64,000 bases of DNA from Thermogladius sp. (GCA_022759365.1 JAEMPJ010000007.1:9372-73371); one strand, 5' to 3'; numbered from the stretch's first letter, positions 11,408-22,141 are shown. Notes: generated by a model from the letters alone, not told the origin. Translations and numbers: made by a program.

Positions 11408-11739
11408 TTAAACCACCTCTTAGCTCTCTTAAGCCTTTCAGCTGGTCTACCTAAGATTAAATCCCCCTTTATAACCACTACTTCCCCGTTAGGGAGCTTG
11501 AATTCAAATACTCCATTGGGCTTTAAAACCCTAATTCTTCTACCCGAGCTAGTCTCGAGGAGGAGGGTTTTCAAAGTCTCATCAACAACTACACCCTCTA
11601 ATCCATTGAGTTTTTCATCCGTGTACGATAAAACACGTATTCTTAAGCCTATCAACTCGTGGTAGAGAATATTCTTACTGCTTAGCTTCAACTCCTGCAC
11701 TACCTTCACTTGCCTCTTCCCCGGCAACCTCCTCGGCAA
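11404..11739 (-). CDS. rnp1: RNase P protein component 1 (Rpp29/Pop4)
   Basis: HELIGLRIRVL...GLEGVVVDETLKTLLLE...GDLILGRPAERLK Sm-like barrel pattern. Conserved archaeal position between L29 and S17. Confidence 0.8.
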   Translation of the reverse strand: MPRRLPGKRQVKVVQELKLSSKNILYHELIGLRIRVLSYTDEKLNGLEGVVVDETLKTLLLETSSGRRIRVLKPNGVFEFKLPNGEVVVIKGDLILGRPAERLKRAKRWFK

Positions 11740-11941
11740 CCACGGTTTTACCCGCCTTAGCCTCCTCCCTCATGACGGTTAGTATCCTCGCTATGTCCCT
11801 CCTAACGTTCCTTATTCTACTTGTATTAGTTAGAGTCCCCACCCTCGACTGCATCCTCAACTTGGCTAACTCCATCCTCAACTCAAGCAACTTCCTCTCT
11901 CTTTCCTCGGGAGGCATTTTCCTTATTTCACTTGCCTTCAC
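11675..11941 (-). CDS. rpl29: 50S ribosomal protein uL29 (GTG start at 11941 preferred; the track ORF extends to 11974)
   Basis: KASEIRKMPPEERERKLLELRMELAKLRMQ is the canonical L29 helix-hairpin. An acidic C-terminal tail overlaps rnp1. Confidence 0.85.
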   Translation of the reverse strand: MKASEIRKMPPEERERKLLELRMELAKLRMQSRVGTLTNTSRIRNVRRDIARILTVMREEAKAGKTVVAEEVAGEEASEGSAGVEAKQ

Positions 11942-12620
11942 TCGCACCACCTTCACCAGTAGCTTCCACTCCACTCTCTTTAGCCGGTTGTAGTAGGGAT
12001 TGAAGCTCCTCGGGCTTTAATGCCTTGATCTCCACCTGGTCTGGTAGCGGGATGGACGGCTTCACTATAATCACCTCGACACCGAATATACCGGGCTTCA
12101 ACAGTGTTTTCGCCACAGCCCTGTCGACGATGTAGTCCACTAGATCCCCCGCCTTGTAGATCTTACCAGTCCTCATCTTCTCGTACGTGGCTCTTTCACC
12201 CCTCAGCTTACCGCTTATAACTATTTCGGCGCCGAGGGCTCCCGCATCCATAATCCTCTTCAACATCGCCATCATCACCCTCCTGTATGGTATCTCCTTC
12301 TCCAGCGCCCTCACAATCCTGTAGGCTACTACCCTCGCGTTCAGGTCGGGGTCTGGTACTGGCGAAACCGTTATGTTAACGTTCTCAAGCCCGAACCTCG
12401 TCTGGAAGATCGTCGTCAGCTTTCTGATCACGGAGCCACCGCGTCCAATAAGCCTACCCGGGTACTCAGCGTAGATCACCACCCTGTGGCCTGTAGGCGT
12501 CTTATACAACTCGACGCCAGCGTAGCCTGCGTCTACAAAATAGTTTCCAAGGAACTGGTCTATCATGGTCTTCTTTATACCGAGGTTAATGAAGTATTGC
12601 TTAACTCTTGAGCCTACCAC
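11928..12620 (-). CDS. rps3: 30S ribosomal protein uS3
   Basis: KH domain GRLIGRGGSVIRKL and the S3 C-terminal domain. Confidence 0.92.
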   Translation of the reverse strand: MVGSRVKQYFINLGIKKTMIDQFLGNYFVDAGYAGVELYKTPTGHRVVIYAEYPGRLIGRGGSVIRKLTTIFQTRFGLENVNITVSPVPDPDLNARVVAYRIVRALEKEIPYRRVMMAMLKRIMDAGALGAEIVISGKLRGERATYEKMRTGKIYKAGDLVDYIVDRAVAKTLLKPGIFGVEVIIVKPSIPLPDQVEIKALKPEELQSLLQPAKESGVEATGEGGASEGK

Positions 12621-13097
12621 TCAACCCACCTCCTTCACTATGATCTCCACGTTGGTTGTCCTACGGTATTTGGGTGTAGCCCTGCCAAAGGCTCTAGGCA
12701 TGTATCTTTTAAGGGTTACACCTTTATGAGCGGCCACGTGGATGATTACGAGCTTCTCCTTATCTAAACCCTTATTCTCCGCGTTCGCCTCGACGTTGTC
12801 CAGGATCTCGAGCATGTACCTCGCGGCTTTAACAGGGTATCTTCCAGCCGGCCACCCGTATTTCCCGGCCAAACCCCTCTTGTGGCTTACCTTGCCGAAG
12901 TACCTCCTAAACGGTATAGGCTCCTTGAGTTTGATGACGTTCTCGAGGAGCCTCCGGGCGTCCTTGAGCTTCAACCCTTTGATCGCCGCCGCGACCTCCC
13001 TCATGTACTTTATGGAGACGGGTATATCGTATCTCACAGCCTTCGCTATCTTTGATTCATCCCTGAGTTTAAGCGAGTAGTGCCATGTAGGCATCAA
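12621..13097 (-). CDS. rpl22: 50S ribosomal protein uL22
   Basis: Position S19-L22-S3, with the ...HVAAHKGVTLKRYMPRAFGRA pattern. Confidence 0.9.
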   Translation of the reverse strand: MMPTWHYSLKLRDESKIAKAVRYDIPVSIKYMREVAAAIKGLKLKDARRLLENVIKLKEPIPFRRYFGKVSHKRGLAGKYGWPAGRYPVKAARYMLEILDNVEANAENKGLDKEKLVIIHVAAHKGVTLKRYMPRAFGRATPKYRRTTNVEIIVKEVG

Positions 13098-13104
13098 ACC
13101 ACCT

Positions 13105-13542
13105 CTACGTCTTCAAAGCGACGAACATACTGCTCCTCGTAGCCTTTAGGCCAGGCTCGCCGTGGACGACCTTCTTGGTTGTAGGGCTGAACTCGCCGAG
13201 GTAATGCCCAATCATCTCGGGTGTTATCTTAACAGGCTGAAACTCCTTACCGTTGTATACAGCTATAGTTAGACCGACCATCTCTGGCAGAACGATCATA
13301 TCCCTGACATGGGTCTTGATAACGGCTTTCTTAGCCAGCTCAGGCTTCTGCCTTATCTTCCTTATCTTCGCGAGCAACCTTATCTGGGCTTTAGTGAAGC
13401 CTCTCTTCAAGCTCCTCCTAGCCCTAGCAGGTAGCAACTCGATGAGTTCATCCATTGGCATTGAGAGTAGCTCCTCTAAGCTCTTACCTCTATACCTAAA
13501 CTTCTTCCACTCGGGCGGCATATCTCTTAAATCCACTGCCAC
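13105..13542 (-). CDS. rps19: 30S ribosomal protein uS19
   Basis: [34 protein letters not shown] signature. Confidence 0.92.
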   Translation of the reverse strand: MAVDLRDMPPEWKKFRYRGKSLEELLSMPMDELIELLPARARRSLKRGFTKAQIRLLAKIRKIRQKPELAKKAVIKTHVRDMIVLPEMVGLTIAVYNGKEFQPVKITPEMIGHYLGEFSPTTKKVVHGEPGLKATRSSMFVALKT

Positions 13543-13583
13543 TGGGATACACCTGTAAGCACTCGATCCAGATATGCCTGTGT

Positions 13584-15410
13584 CTAGATTTTAATGTTTA
13601 ACCTCTTTTTAAGTAAAATGGGTAGTTTGCTGGGATTTTTAACGATTATCGTCTCGCACCCCACATCCCTTAATCTCCTTAAAACCTCATTATCGTGTCG
13701 CGGCGGCGTTACCACGATGACTCTCACACCCCTCTCGATTAGCTCTGAAACCTCAACCCATGGCTCAGTATCTCTCACCGTCTGCTTGAGATCCGAGACT
13801 ATGAGGACAACCCTGCTCGTCGGCTTGGCCTTGACTGCCCTGATCGCCTGGCTTATATTGGTGTAGCCCCTGAACTTCTGGGTGTAGAGTTTCTCGAGGA
13901 ATTTGTAGACTAGGGGCCTAGTCTTCCTCGCCGGGGGTTTAACGACCTCGACTTTATCCCAGAACAGTAGTATTCTATCCACTACCTCTATTAAGCTGGC
14001 TAGTGCTATGAGGGTCCATATACTATACCTGAGCATGCTACCGCTGACATCTATAAGGACTGTCACACTCCTCTTTCTAAGTACATCCTTGAATGAAAGC
14101 CTGTAGTTGAACCTGGAGTAATTGAACACTGTCGCCCTCACATCTACTCTACCTCTACTAGACCTCACTCTCCCCCCTACTCGGGAACCTTTTTCAGCAT
14201 TCTCGAATATTCTGCAACCAAGCCTCAACGCCCTCTCTATAACCTCATAGTTAAAGCCCTTCGTGGAAGTGTAGTCAAGGACTCTCATTGAGAGGAGCTC
14301 TATGGCGTCGTCTGGGAACAACTTGGAGACAACGCGCTCAAACCCTCTTTGGTCTTCCCCTAATATGCTCTCTAGAAGCCGCCTCAAGGAGTGATCTAAT
14401 TGAGAGGCATCTACTCTCCCAGCATAGTACAACGCCAGCTGCCTCTCTCCCTGCTCGCCGGATACCAAGTAGTCTACGTAGTGTCTTAACGCTAGCCCCA
14501 GCAACGCCTTACTTCTAGCCGACCCCTCTAGTTTCTCCAAGCTGGTTAAGCCAGCCAGTGTTATAGGGCTGAGCTCGGATAGCCTTCCCCTAAACTTCTC
14601 GACTCTATACAAGCTTGACACAATCTTCCACCTTGTAGGCAGAGGCTCATTCTCCAACTCGCTGAGGTCTAGATGCTGGTAAACCTCCTTGTTTAACCCC
14701 GGCATCCTGGTGGAAAGATCCTTGTCCAGTCTCCTAGCCGAGAGCAGTGTTTCGAGCCGGAGCCCCCCTCTTAAGGCTCTCTCAGACCACTCCTCCATAA
14801 TCCTCTTGTCAACACTCTTATTATAGCCCGCGAACCTCCTAGTCAACTCCGCTAGCAACAAGTCATCCACGTGTTTCAGGAACTCGTTTGTCAACACGCT
14901 AGGCCAATACTTGCTGGGAACCTCACCCAGGTATTTTATCACATCTTTAACCCCAATGGCTTTAGCCTCCCTGATAACCCTGCCTGAAATATTCTTGTTG
15001 ACACTGAGCCTCCCCGATTTGTCCCTGTAGAGTACTCTATGAGACCTAAGCCAAATGTAGCTCAATACTTCCTCGGCGCTTCCATCCCTTATTACATCCT
15101 CTACACGCAGGCCCCTGCGTTTTGCAGTGAGGATTCGTAGAAGCCCGTCTTTACTGGGCTGGAAAGACCACTCTCTAATGTCGGCTTCACCGGGTTTCTT
15201 AACGTAAGAGTTGTAAAGCTCCTCGACAACCTCCCTCTTTAGGTTATCGGATTCGTAGGGCAGGAGCTCCAACGTTAGCCTAAGCAGAGTCAAGTCTAAT
15301 AACTGGCTTGTGGGAAGCCGCTTGCCATCTCTAACTCTCCGGTAGACCTCCTCAACAACAGCTTCAACCAGGTCTTCAACGCTATCTCTCACGTGCTGGT
15401 AGGAGCTCAT
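13584..15410 (-). CDS. Large protein with a C-terminal von Willebrand factor A (VWA/MIDAS) domain; the N-terminal ~430 aa are uncharacterised and helical
   Basis: MIDAS motif VLIDVSGSM followed by ...GYTNISQAI...VVLIVSDL, giving a DxSxS...T...D arrangement. Its start overlaps the upstream AAA+ gene. Confidence 0.65.
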   Translation of the reverse strand: MSSYQHVRDSVEDLVEAVVEEVYRRVRDGKRLPTSQLLDLTLLRLTLELLPYESDNLKREVVEELYNSYVKKPGEADIREWSFQPSKDGLLRILTAKRRGLRVEDVIRDGSAEEVLSYIWLRSHRVLYRDKSGRLSVNKNISGRVIREAKAIGVKDVIKYLGEVPSKYWPSVLTNEFLKHVDDLLLAELTRRFAGYNKSVDKRIMEEWSERALRGGLRLETLLSARRLDKDLSTRMPGLNKEVYQHLDLSELENEPLPTRWKIVSSLYRVEKFRGRLSELSPITLAGLTSLEKLEGSARSKALLGLALRHYVDYLVSGEQGERQLALYYAGRVDASQLDHSLRRLLESILGEDQRGFERVVSKLFPDDAIELLSMRVLDYTSTKGFNYEVIERALRLGCRIFENAEKGSRVGGRVRSSRGRVDVRATVFNYSRFNYRLSFKDVLRKRSVTVLIDVSGSMLRYSIWTLIALASLIEVVDRILLFWDKVEVVKPPARKTRPLVYKFLEKLYTQKFRGYTNISQAIRAVKAKPTSRVVLIVSDLKQTVRDTEPWVEVSELIERGVRVIVVTPPRHDNEVLRRLRDVGCETIIVKNPSKLPILLKKRLNIKI

Positions 15411-16320
15411 TGATCAAATCCTCGTCTTCAGGATTCTTCAATAAGACCACTCTACCTGCTTCAACAAGCTCTTCTCTACCAGCTTTCTCCAGCCCCCTGA
15501 TCTCGGCTAGTAGAGATGTCAACGTCATCCACATAACGCTGTCCGATATACCAGGCTTGTATACAGCCTTCTGCCTCAACGTTCTAACAATAGACAGTGC
15601 CTCCTCAACCAGCTTGGGGTCAAGCCTCTTAGCTAGGTCTCCTAGCCTAAGCTTGATGATCTCGAGCTCTTCTTCAAGCGACGGGTACTTGAACTCTATT
15701 CTGACGACCCGTCTAAGGAACGCGTCGCTGAGCTCGCCTTGGCCAATGTCGTAGGGGTTGCTGGTTAATATGATCTGGAACCCCTCGTCTTTCTGATAAT
15801 AGACTTTCTTCAACTCGGGTATTATGATCCTCCTCTTGTCTATTATGTCGAGGAGCATGTTCTGGAACTCCTCGCTACTCCTTCTTATATCGTCTATTAA
15901 TACGCCAGCGCCTAGTATCATGGCCGCTAGAAGCGGCCTTGGTATAAAGCTCTCCTCGTTAAACCCCTTGCTTACAGCCATAGCTGGGTGGAAGTCCCCT
16001 ATAACCCGGTACTCATCGTAGTTTTCACTACATGGAAGCACGAAAGCAGACTTCCCGCTCCATAAGCTGAGTATAGCCTCACCTATCTCGGTCTTACCTG
16101 TACCAGGAGGCCCCTCGAAGAGGACAGGCCTGTTGTTCAGGAAAGCCGCCACCGTGAGATACACGACATGGGGTTTGACAACTAGCTTGAAGTAGTCCCT
16201 CAAATACTTCAGCATCTCAGGCGGGCTTCTCACAACTGGATATCGGCGAATCGTCTGGAGGTATATCTCCTGTACTTTACTCACGATTAAGTCAACGTTG
16301 CCGCTGCTACTCGAAGCCAT
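15382..16320 (-). CDS. MoxR-like / AAA_5-like AAA+ ATPase
   Basis: Walker A FEGPPGTGKTE, Walker B GVLIDDIRR, sensor-1 ILTSNP, and Arg region DAFLRRV. Single AAA+ module of 312 aa. Confidence 0.7.
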   Translation of the reverse strand: MASSSSGNVDLIVSKVQEIYLQTIRRYPVVRSPPEMLKYLRDYFKLVVKPHVVYLTVAAFLNNRPVLFEGPPGTGKTEIGEAILSLWSGKSAFVLPCSENYDEYRVIGDFHPAMAVSKGFNEESFIPRPLLAAMILGAGVLIDDIRRSSEEFQNMLLDIIDKRRIIIPELKKVYYQKDEGFQIILTSNPYDIGQGELSDAFLRRVVRIEFKYPSLEEELEIIKLRLGDLAKRLDPKLVEEALSIVRTLRQKAVYKPGISDSVMWMTLTSLLAEIRGLEKAGREELVEAGRVVLLKNPEDEDLINELLPARER

Positions 16321-16382
16321 CCCGACCAGAACCTAGGGGAGGTTGGGTAGTGCTATCTAGAAATTAGGTTTCGGTGAAAAGG

Positions 16383-17099
16383 CTATTTACCCTTTCTTCT
16401 ACCGGTCCTCCTAGCCGCTATATGCCCGACTTTCCTACCAGGCGGAGTATTCCTGGCAACTGTCGTCGGCCTGCCGACATGCCTCCCACCGCCGTGGGGG
16501 TGTGATGCCGGGTTCATTGCTAGACCTCTCACTTTAGGCCACTTGTGTGCTTTAGCCTTCCACTTGTAGTAGGAGGCCCCGGCTTTTAGGAGCGGTTTCT
16601 CAATTCTACCCCCGCCTGCGACAACCCCTATCATAGCCCTAGAGTTGTTCGAGACCTCCACCACTCGCCCGCTAGGCAACTGTATCTGCGTTTTATCGCC
16701 TGATCTACCCACTATCACAGCATATGTGCCACCCGCCCTCGCGTATCTACCCCCGTCGCCCGGGTTCTTCTCTATGTTGGCTACCTGTGTACCCTCAGGT
16801 ATCCTACCCACGGGTAGGATGTTCCCGTTCTTTATCTTAGCATCTGGGCCTATTTCGATGGTCTGGCCGACATACATGCCCTCCACTGCCGGGACGTAGA
16901 ATATGTCGCCTGTCTCCAGCTTTATCACGGCTAAGGGAACCCACCTGCCCGGGTCGTGGACTAGGTCTATTACCTTCCCTTTAAGAGTCTTGTCAGCCGG
17001 CAACTGGGGGTATTTCGCCGGGGCTACCCTGAGGTGGCCCGGGCTCCTGAAGGTGGGGGAGCCCCTGCCCATTCTCTGCGGTAGTATCCTTTTACCCAT
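16383..17099 (-). CDS. rpl2: 50S ribosomal protein uL2
   Basis: [21 protein letters not shown] and a basic C-terminus. Confidence 0.95.
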   Translation of the reverse strand: MGKRILPQRMGRGSPTFRSPGHLRVAPAKYPQLPADKTLKGKVIDLVHDPGRWVPLAVIKLETGDIFYVPAVEGMYVGQTIEIGPDAKIKNGNILPVGRIPEGTQVANIEKNPGDGGRYARAGGTYAVIVGRSGDKTQIQLPSGRVVEVSNNSRAMIGVVAGGGRIEKPLLKAGASYYKWKAKAHKWPKVRGLAMNPASHPHGGGRHVGRPTTVARNTPPGRKVGHIAARRTGRRKGK

Positions 17100-17109
17100 T
17101 TAACCCACC

Positions 17110-17382
17110 TCACAGCAACCCTAGTTGAGTGGCTACATCACTAGCCTTAAACTCGCTCGACAGCTTTACATACGCCTTCTTCTCTCCTCTAGGAGTGATC
17201 AAAGTATTAACCTTAACTACCTTAACGTTGAAGAGCTTCTCGACAGCTTCCTTAATAAGGGCTTTACTCGCATTTCTATCCACGATAAAGACCAGTGTAT
17301 TATTCTTATCAATGAGCGTCAAAGCTTTCTCGCTGTGTACAGGCCTAATTATCACTTTCGCCAGCTTGTCCAGCTCGCTCAA
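17110..17382 (-). CDS. rpl23: 50S ribosomal protein uL23
   Basis: Position L4-L23-L2, with [31 protein letters not shown]. Confidence 0.9.
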   Translation of the reverse strand: MSELDKLAKVIIRPVHSEKALTLIDKNNTLVFIVDRNASKALIKEAVEKLFNVKVVKVNTLITPRGEKKAYVKLSSEFKASDVATQLGLL

Positions 17383-18197
17383 AACACCACCACCTCAAAC
17401 TTCCTCCCTATTTCCTCCAGCGCTTTCTTCGTGAAAACAGTAAGCCTACCGGGTACTCCCCCGGGAGCCAGGTGCAACACGCTGAGAGTGCCGGGTGTGG
17501 CCACGTCAACTCCAGGCAGGTTTCTCACCGCCTTGGCTATCGGCTTGTCAGTACTGGACACTACGAAGAGTATGCTCTTCGGCTCAACATACCTCCTCCC
17601 CCTCATCTTGCCCTTCCCAGCCCTGATCCCGATCCCCTCCCTACTCCTCTCTACATCACTCCACAAGCCTAGTTTAACCAGTAGCTCCCTGGCCTTCTTA
17701 GTTGAGTCGACAGCCTCCTCGGCGCTGTCGGCTAGGACTATGGGGAGGGACTTCGCGTCGAATACGTGCCCTCTCCTCTTGACGAGGTCTACGATGCTGG
17801 TCGCCGCGAGAGCGCTTGCGAGAGCCAGAGCGTTCTCCTTCCTGTTGATCCTCTCTTCTAAAACTCTGTCCGGCGTAGGTGGGAAAGCCGCGTGGCCTCC
17901 CCTAGCGCTCACGACGAACCTCGCTCTACCATTGGGGTTCCTTGGGACTCTCGCCAGGCCGTGCCCTACGCCCCAGCTGTACGCCGTGGTCCTCTTGCCT
18001 GCAAGGGGGTCTCTACCCTTTGGTTGCAACCTTGATGTGAAGGCGGCGAGAAAGGCCCTTCTAATCAAATCCCCTCTAACAGGCACCTGGAAGACTGGTG
18101 GAAGCTCGACCTCGCCGACCTGGCTGCCATTCTCGTCGAAGACTATCGCCTTCTTCTTCTCAACCGACAGGGGTTTAACAACTAACTGCCACGTCAT
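17379..18197 (-). CDS. rpl4: 50S ribosomal protein uL4
   Basis: Position L3-L4-L23, with the ...GHGLARVPR...ARGGHAFPP pattern. Confidence 0.9.
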   Translation of the reverse strand: MTWQLVVKPLSVEKKKAIVFDENGSQVGEVELPPVFQVPVRGDLIRRAFLAAFTSRLQPKGRDPLAGKRTTAYSWGVGHGLARVPRNPNGRARFVVSARGGHAAFPPTPDRVLEERINRKENALALASALAATSIVDLVKRRGHVFDAKSLPIVLADSAEEAVDSTKKARELLVKLGLWSDVERSREGIGIRAGKGKMRGRRYVEPKSILFVVSSTDKPIAKAVRNLPGVDVATPGTLSVLHLAPGGVPGRLTVFTKKALEEIGRKFEVVVF

Positions 18198-18199
18198 CT

Positions 18200-19390
18200 C
18201 TAAGCACCCTGCTTGCTCTCAAGGCTTAGATAAGTTATCTGCGGGGGTGTTAAGGGCAACCAGCCCAACGGTGGTCTAACGGGGTGTCTTAGCATGAGAA
18301 CTCTCTTCACAGGCCCTATCACGCTCCCCTTGATCAAGAGGTAGGGGCCGTATATCAAACCGTAGTGGAGGAAGCCTCCCTCGGGGACGACTTCAAGGCC
18401 GTTCATCCCTATCTTCAGGATCCTCTTATTCAGCTCAGTCCTCCTGTGGAAGCCTGTCTGACCTGCCTGAGGCGGCTCGCTCATAGTGCCGAAGCCAGGG
18501 CTCCTCGCGCCGATCTTTCTACTACCCTTCCTGTGCTTATGCCACCTCGGAAGCTCTTTTACTCCAAACCTCTTTATAACGCCCTGGAAGCCCTTCCCCT
18601 TTGTTACACCTATAACGTCGACCAACTGTCCCTCTAGGAATACATCTGATACAGTTACGAAGCCTCCTGTAACCTTCTCTGCGTATGAAGTTAGCTCATC
18701 TATTTTACCTCCCCCAACCCTGATCTCGAATATCTCGGGCTTCTTCTTGCCGATCCCCGAGAATATAGGCAACGTTGATACAATTAAGCTTACTGCTTTG
18801 ATCTCCCCTGACAAAACCTGTTTAACCCTGTTTTCGAAGTCCGTCTCAATAAACTTGAACCCGTACTCGCCTCCGGGGTCAGGTTTCACGAGACCGTGGT
18901 TAACCTTCCTTAACCCCGCGAGGTACTTCCTGACGATTTCCTTGGCGGAGTATTGCTTGAAGAACGGGCTGTCCTTGTAAAACTTCTCGAATACCTCGAT
19001 AACCGCGTTTACAGGGCTTCTCCAAGCCTCCCCCTGGGTCTTCAAGGCACCTCCTTCAGCAACGTAGGTTCTCAAGCCTAACACTACGATAGGCGGGGCG
19101 TCCAGTATCGTGAGCGGCGTGAAAACGGGTTTACCGGTTAGAGGGGTGCGGGGCCTGTCCTCGACTACAAGGGCGTGGGACATCCCAGCCTTGTATACTG
19201 GGAAGCCTAGCAACATGGGTCTCCTAGCGATATTGAGCTTCTCGACTTCACTACCATACCTTTCCGCAAGTACCTCAATCCACGTCTTCGCAGGCCACGT
19301 CCTCACGCGTACGGTTAACTCGCTAGCCCTCTTCCTCGGCCTGACACCCAGGCTACCGTGTCTCGGCGCTTCTAGTTTTCTATGACCCAT
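18200..19390 (-). CDS. rpl3: 50S ribosomal protein uL3
   Basis: [16 protein letters not shown]-terminus and [17 protein letters not shown] motif. Confidence 0.95.
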   Translation of the reverse strand: MGHRKLEAPRHGSLGVRPRKRASELTVRVRTWPAKTWIEVLAERYGSEVEKLNIARRPMLLGFPVYKAGMSHALVVEDRPRTPLTGKPVFTPLTILDAPPIVVLGLRTYVAEGGALKTQGEAWRSPVNAVIEVFEKFYKDSPFFKQYSAKEIVRKYLAGLRKVNHGLVKPDPGGEYGFKFIETDFENRVKQVLSGEIKAVSLIVSTLPIFSGIGKKKPEIFEIRVGGGKIDELTSYAEKVTGGFVTVSDVFLEGQLVDVIGVTKGKGFQGVIKRFGVKELPRWHKHRKGSRKIGARSPGFGTMSEPPQAGQTGFHRRTELNKRILKIGMNGLEVVPEGGFLHYGLIYGPYLLIKGSVIGPVKRVLMLRHPVRPPLGWLPLTPPQITYLSLESKQGA

Positions 19391-19467
19391 TAAGCATACC
19401 CCAAGCTACACTTTGTAAACACTTAGACAAGGTTTTAAAGGTGACCCTCTAACCGGCTACTCGTCTT

Positions 19468-20307
19468 TCATTCGGCTGGTCGAAGCCCAGCCCAGGTCTT
19501 CCTCAAGATGTTTATGATGCCTAGCGTTATAACAAGGGCCTCCTCGCTCCGTACAGTCACCACCCTCTGTCCAGGTATCGTATTCCACACGTCTTCAACA
19601 TACATCCTCAAGTTGAAGCCCTCGGCTACAGCCATCTCGAATAACCCGTGGCTAGGAGACCCGAAGAGCACGAGCATCGTCTTATTGAGCCTCCTGGCAT
19701 ACTCGTGGATAGGGGGTACCCTACCCCTCCTGTCTGTTGCCAGGATGAGGCTTCTACCCGCGTATTCATCGACGACTTCTCTCAGAGACTTTTTAAACTC
19801 TAGCTCGGGGCCTGTGTAGAGCCCTCCCTCGGTTACTTCAACCACCCTCCTGTCTACATCGACCACTCTAACCTGTTTGATACCTTCTTTACACTCGCCT
19901 TTAACAAAATACTCCTCCCCTACACCGATGTCTGCGAGGCAGCCCTCCCGCGTTTTCTTCACGTGGGCGAGCCTCACCTGCCCCTTATACGGTTTCCTGG
20001 AGACGTGGAATGCCTCTAGCCTGAGAGGCGGGAGCAGGCCTACACCCCTCAGATCCCTGTCTATGGGTATGAGCTTCTTCCTCAAGTAGGGGGGTGTCCT
20101 GTAGTAATTCCAAACCTTCTCTAAGAAAACCGCGGATTCTTCATGGGATCTCTCGCTTGTAGAAAAATCTTTGTAGAACACAATTTTCCCTACCCCGAAT
20201 ATAGAGGAGTATCTTAGGATCTGGTATGCTTTCATGAGCCTCGGCAGGCCAGGGGGTTCAGCAAGTAAAACGCTTGTTGGTAGAGCAACGTAAATCTCAT
20301 CGCTCAA
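19468..20307 (-). CDS. Putative SPOUT-class RNA methyltransferase (DUF171/COG2106-like), TTG start
   Basis: N-terminus IYVALPTSVLLAEPPGL...ILRYSSIFGVGKIVFY and C-terminal VLFGSPSHGL resemble the family usually found upstream of archaeal rpl3. Confidence 0.55.
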   Translation of the reverse strand: MSDEIYVALPTSVLLAEPPGLPRLMKAYQILRYSSIFGVGKIVFYKDFSTSERSHEESAVFLEKVWNYYRTPPYLRKKLIPIDRDLRGVGLLPPLRLEAFHVSRKPYKGQVRLAHVKKTREGCLADIGVGEEYFVKGECKEGIKQVRVVDVDRRVVEVTEGGLYTGPELEFKKSLREVVDEYAGRSLILATDRRGRVPPIHEYARRLNKTMLVLFGSPSHGLFEMAVAEGFNLRMYVEDVWNTIPGQRVVTVRSEEALVITLGIINILRKTWAGLRPAE

Positions 20308-20308
20308 C

Positions 20309-20392
20309 CTATTTACCCTTCTCCTTCCCCTTCTCAGAGGCCTCCTCGGGCTTCGCCTTCTTCTCGCTTGACACTTTCTTCTCCTTAGTCAT
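20309..20392 (-). CDS. Candidate 27-aa Lys/Glu-rich micro-ORF (MTKEKKVSSEKKAKPEEASEKGKEKGK)
   Basis: ATG start. The stop lies 1 nt before the TTG start of the SPOUT gene. There is no homology evidence. Confidence 0.2.
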   Translation of the reverse strand: MTKEKKVSSEKKAKPEEASEKGKEKGK

Positions 20393-20503
20393 GAAGATGG
20401 TTGTCCTCTGCCTGCCACCCACACGACTCACCCTAGGCTAGTGAGAGTATGTTTGGCTTATTAAATTCTCTGCGGTTTCAGATACGACCGCACACATCAC
20501 AGC

Positions 20504-22141
20504 TCAGGATGCTCGCCGTTCATCACTGTCTGCATGTATAGGGCTTCTAACCTTAAATACAACCGGGTGCGGGTCTAGGGCGTTAAGGAAGAATGCTTCC
20601 CCAACACCGAGCCTGCTGAGCTTACCAGCTAGATCCTCGGCTTCCAGGCCCAGCATCCCAGCCGCGTCCCGCGCGTACTTCTCGTTGGGGGAGCCGAATA
20701 TAATCACTAGGTGAGCGTTCTCGACCACCTCCCTGGGGAGGTCGCTCGGGTTCTGAGTGGAGAGAACCATGCCCACCCTCCTACTCCTACCCTCCTTGAA
20801 GAGCTCCGCTACCAGCCTAGATCTCGATATCCTCCAAGCCTCGTCCACGACGATAAGCCGTATGTCGCTGGTACCCCTCTGGAAAAAGGTCTTCCGAGCC
20901 AGGTATAGTAGTATTAGCCCGTAGGCTGTCTGATAGGCGTACCCGTAGTTGCCCAAGTTGGCTAACACGTTGTCACTCATAATCAATTCAGCTAGATCCT
21001 TATGTCTAGAATCCCTTCCCAGGAACTCAAGTATCGGTAGAATGTCTGCTCTTACATGGCTGATGACGTCGCCAGCGGTGATCGTAGAGTAAACGTATTC
21101 AACCGACTCCATCAAAATCTCTCTCGGCACCTGGAGAGACGAAGACAGGAGGTCTGCTAGAAGGCCTTTGGCCTCAATGCTGGAATCAAACAGCCCTCTG
21201 ACCGATAACGGGTATTCCCTGGGCTCTATTATCCTCGCGATACCTTTCTCCATGTAGGCGGCTAGATCACCCTTGAAGTCCACAGCAAGGAATAAGCCGG
21301 CTCCAACTGAGAAAAAGCCCTCGAGCAACCTAGCGAGGAGAGTTGTCTTACCCCTCCCCGTGGGACCTATCACAATCATGTGTTTTAGAAGCATGTCTAC
21401 GGGTACCACTACAGGGGTACCGTCCTCCGCTTCAACACCAAGCAGTATAGCGTCCTCGTAGTCGGCGCGCGGCTTCTTAACCGCTGGGGCGGGTAGAACC
21501 GGTGCCACAGCGTTTACCGGCCCTATGAAGCTCTTGACGTCTAAATCGTTGGATAGCCCGAGCTCGTAGGCCAGGATCCTCCCGAGCTCTCTTCCAGCCT
21601 CCCTAATCTTCAACCCGAGAGTAGACCTGAAAACGTTGGAGATTATTGATGAGTGGTATGAGAGTATCTGCTTAGCCTCCTCAGTCGTGTTCGCTTCAAC
21701 CCTGATCTTAACGATAAACGATAGCCTCAGCAACGGCTTGCCTTCTACAATCATTTTATAGAGCTCGCTGAGATTGCTCAGCCTGGCTTCCAACCTCGTC
21801 TTCAAGAAGGGTTCGCTTGCTAGCTCCATGGAGGCCTTGATATTGGCCATCTCATTTTCAAGTTTTCTAAGAAAAGACGTTAAGTCGAGTTTAAACTTAA
21901 TTATCTTAACCTCGCTACCGTGCGGGAGTTTATCGATGACCGAGGCTAGTCTTTCAACGTTATCATACAGTTTCACAGGGCTTAAACTCCTAACATCGAG
22001 ATCCATCTCCTCCCCGATCAAGTAGCGTATACCCGTAACCTTGCCTCGGTTAATATAGAATAAGTCCGGCGGCTCTACTCTAACCTCACCCGCCTGCGAG
22101 ACCCTCGCCAATAAGGCTTTAATATCCCTCAATCTTACCAT
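20504..22141 (-). CDS. VirB4/HerA-superfamily ATPase, CedB-like
   Basis: Walker A VIGPTGRGKTTLL, Walker B IRLIVVDEAWR, and AVDFKGDL after the P-loop. It is last in an operon with three membrane proteins. Confidence 0.65.
   Translation of the reverse strand: MVRLRDIKALLARVSQAGEVRVEPPDLFYINRGKVTGIRYLIGEEMDLDVRSLSPVKLYDNVERLASVIDKLPHGSEVKIIKFKLDLTSFLRKLENEMANIKASMELASEPFLKTRLEARLSNLSELYKMIVEGKPLLRLSFIVKIRVEANTTEEAKQILSYHSSIISNVFRSTLGLKIREAGRELGRILAYELGLSNDLDVKSFIGPVNAVAPVLPAPAVKKPRADYEDAILLGVEAEDGTPVVVPVDMLLKHMIVIGPTGRGKTTLLARLLEGFFSVGAGLFLAVDFKGDLAAYMEKGIARIIEPREYPLSVRGLFDSSIEAKGLLADLLSSSLQVPREILMESVEYVYSTITAGDVISHVRADILPILEFLGRDSRHKDLAELIMSDNVLANLGNYGYAYQTAYGLILLYLARKTFFQRGTSDIRLIVVDEAWRISRSRLVAELFKEGRSRRVGMVLSTQNPSDLPREVVENAHLVIIFGSPNEKYARDAAGMLGLEAEDLAGKLSRLGVGEAFFLNALDPHPVVFKVRSPIHADSDERRAS

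Noticed and set aside
17125-18279. 384-aa ORF on the plus strand
   Set aside because: It is entirely antisense to uL23/uL4/uL3 and has a low-complexity Ser/Leu/Thr/Pro composition with no motifs. It is a shadow ORF.
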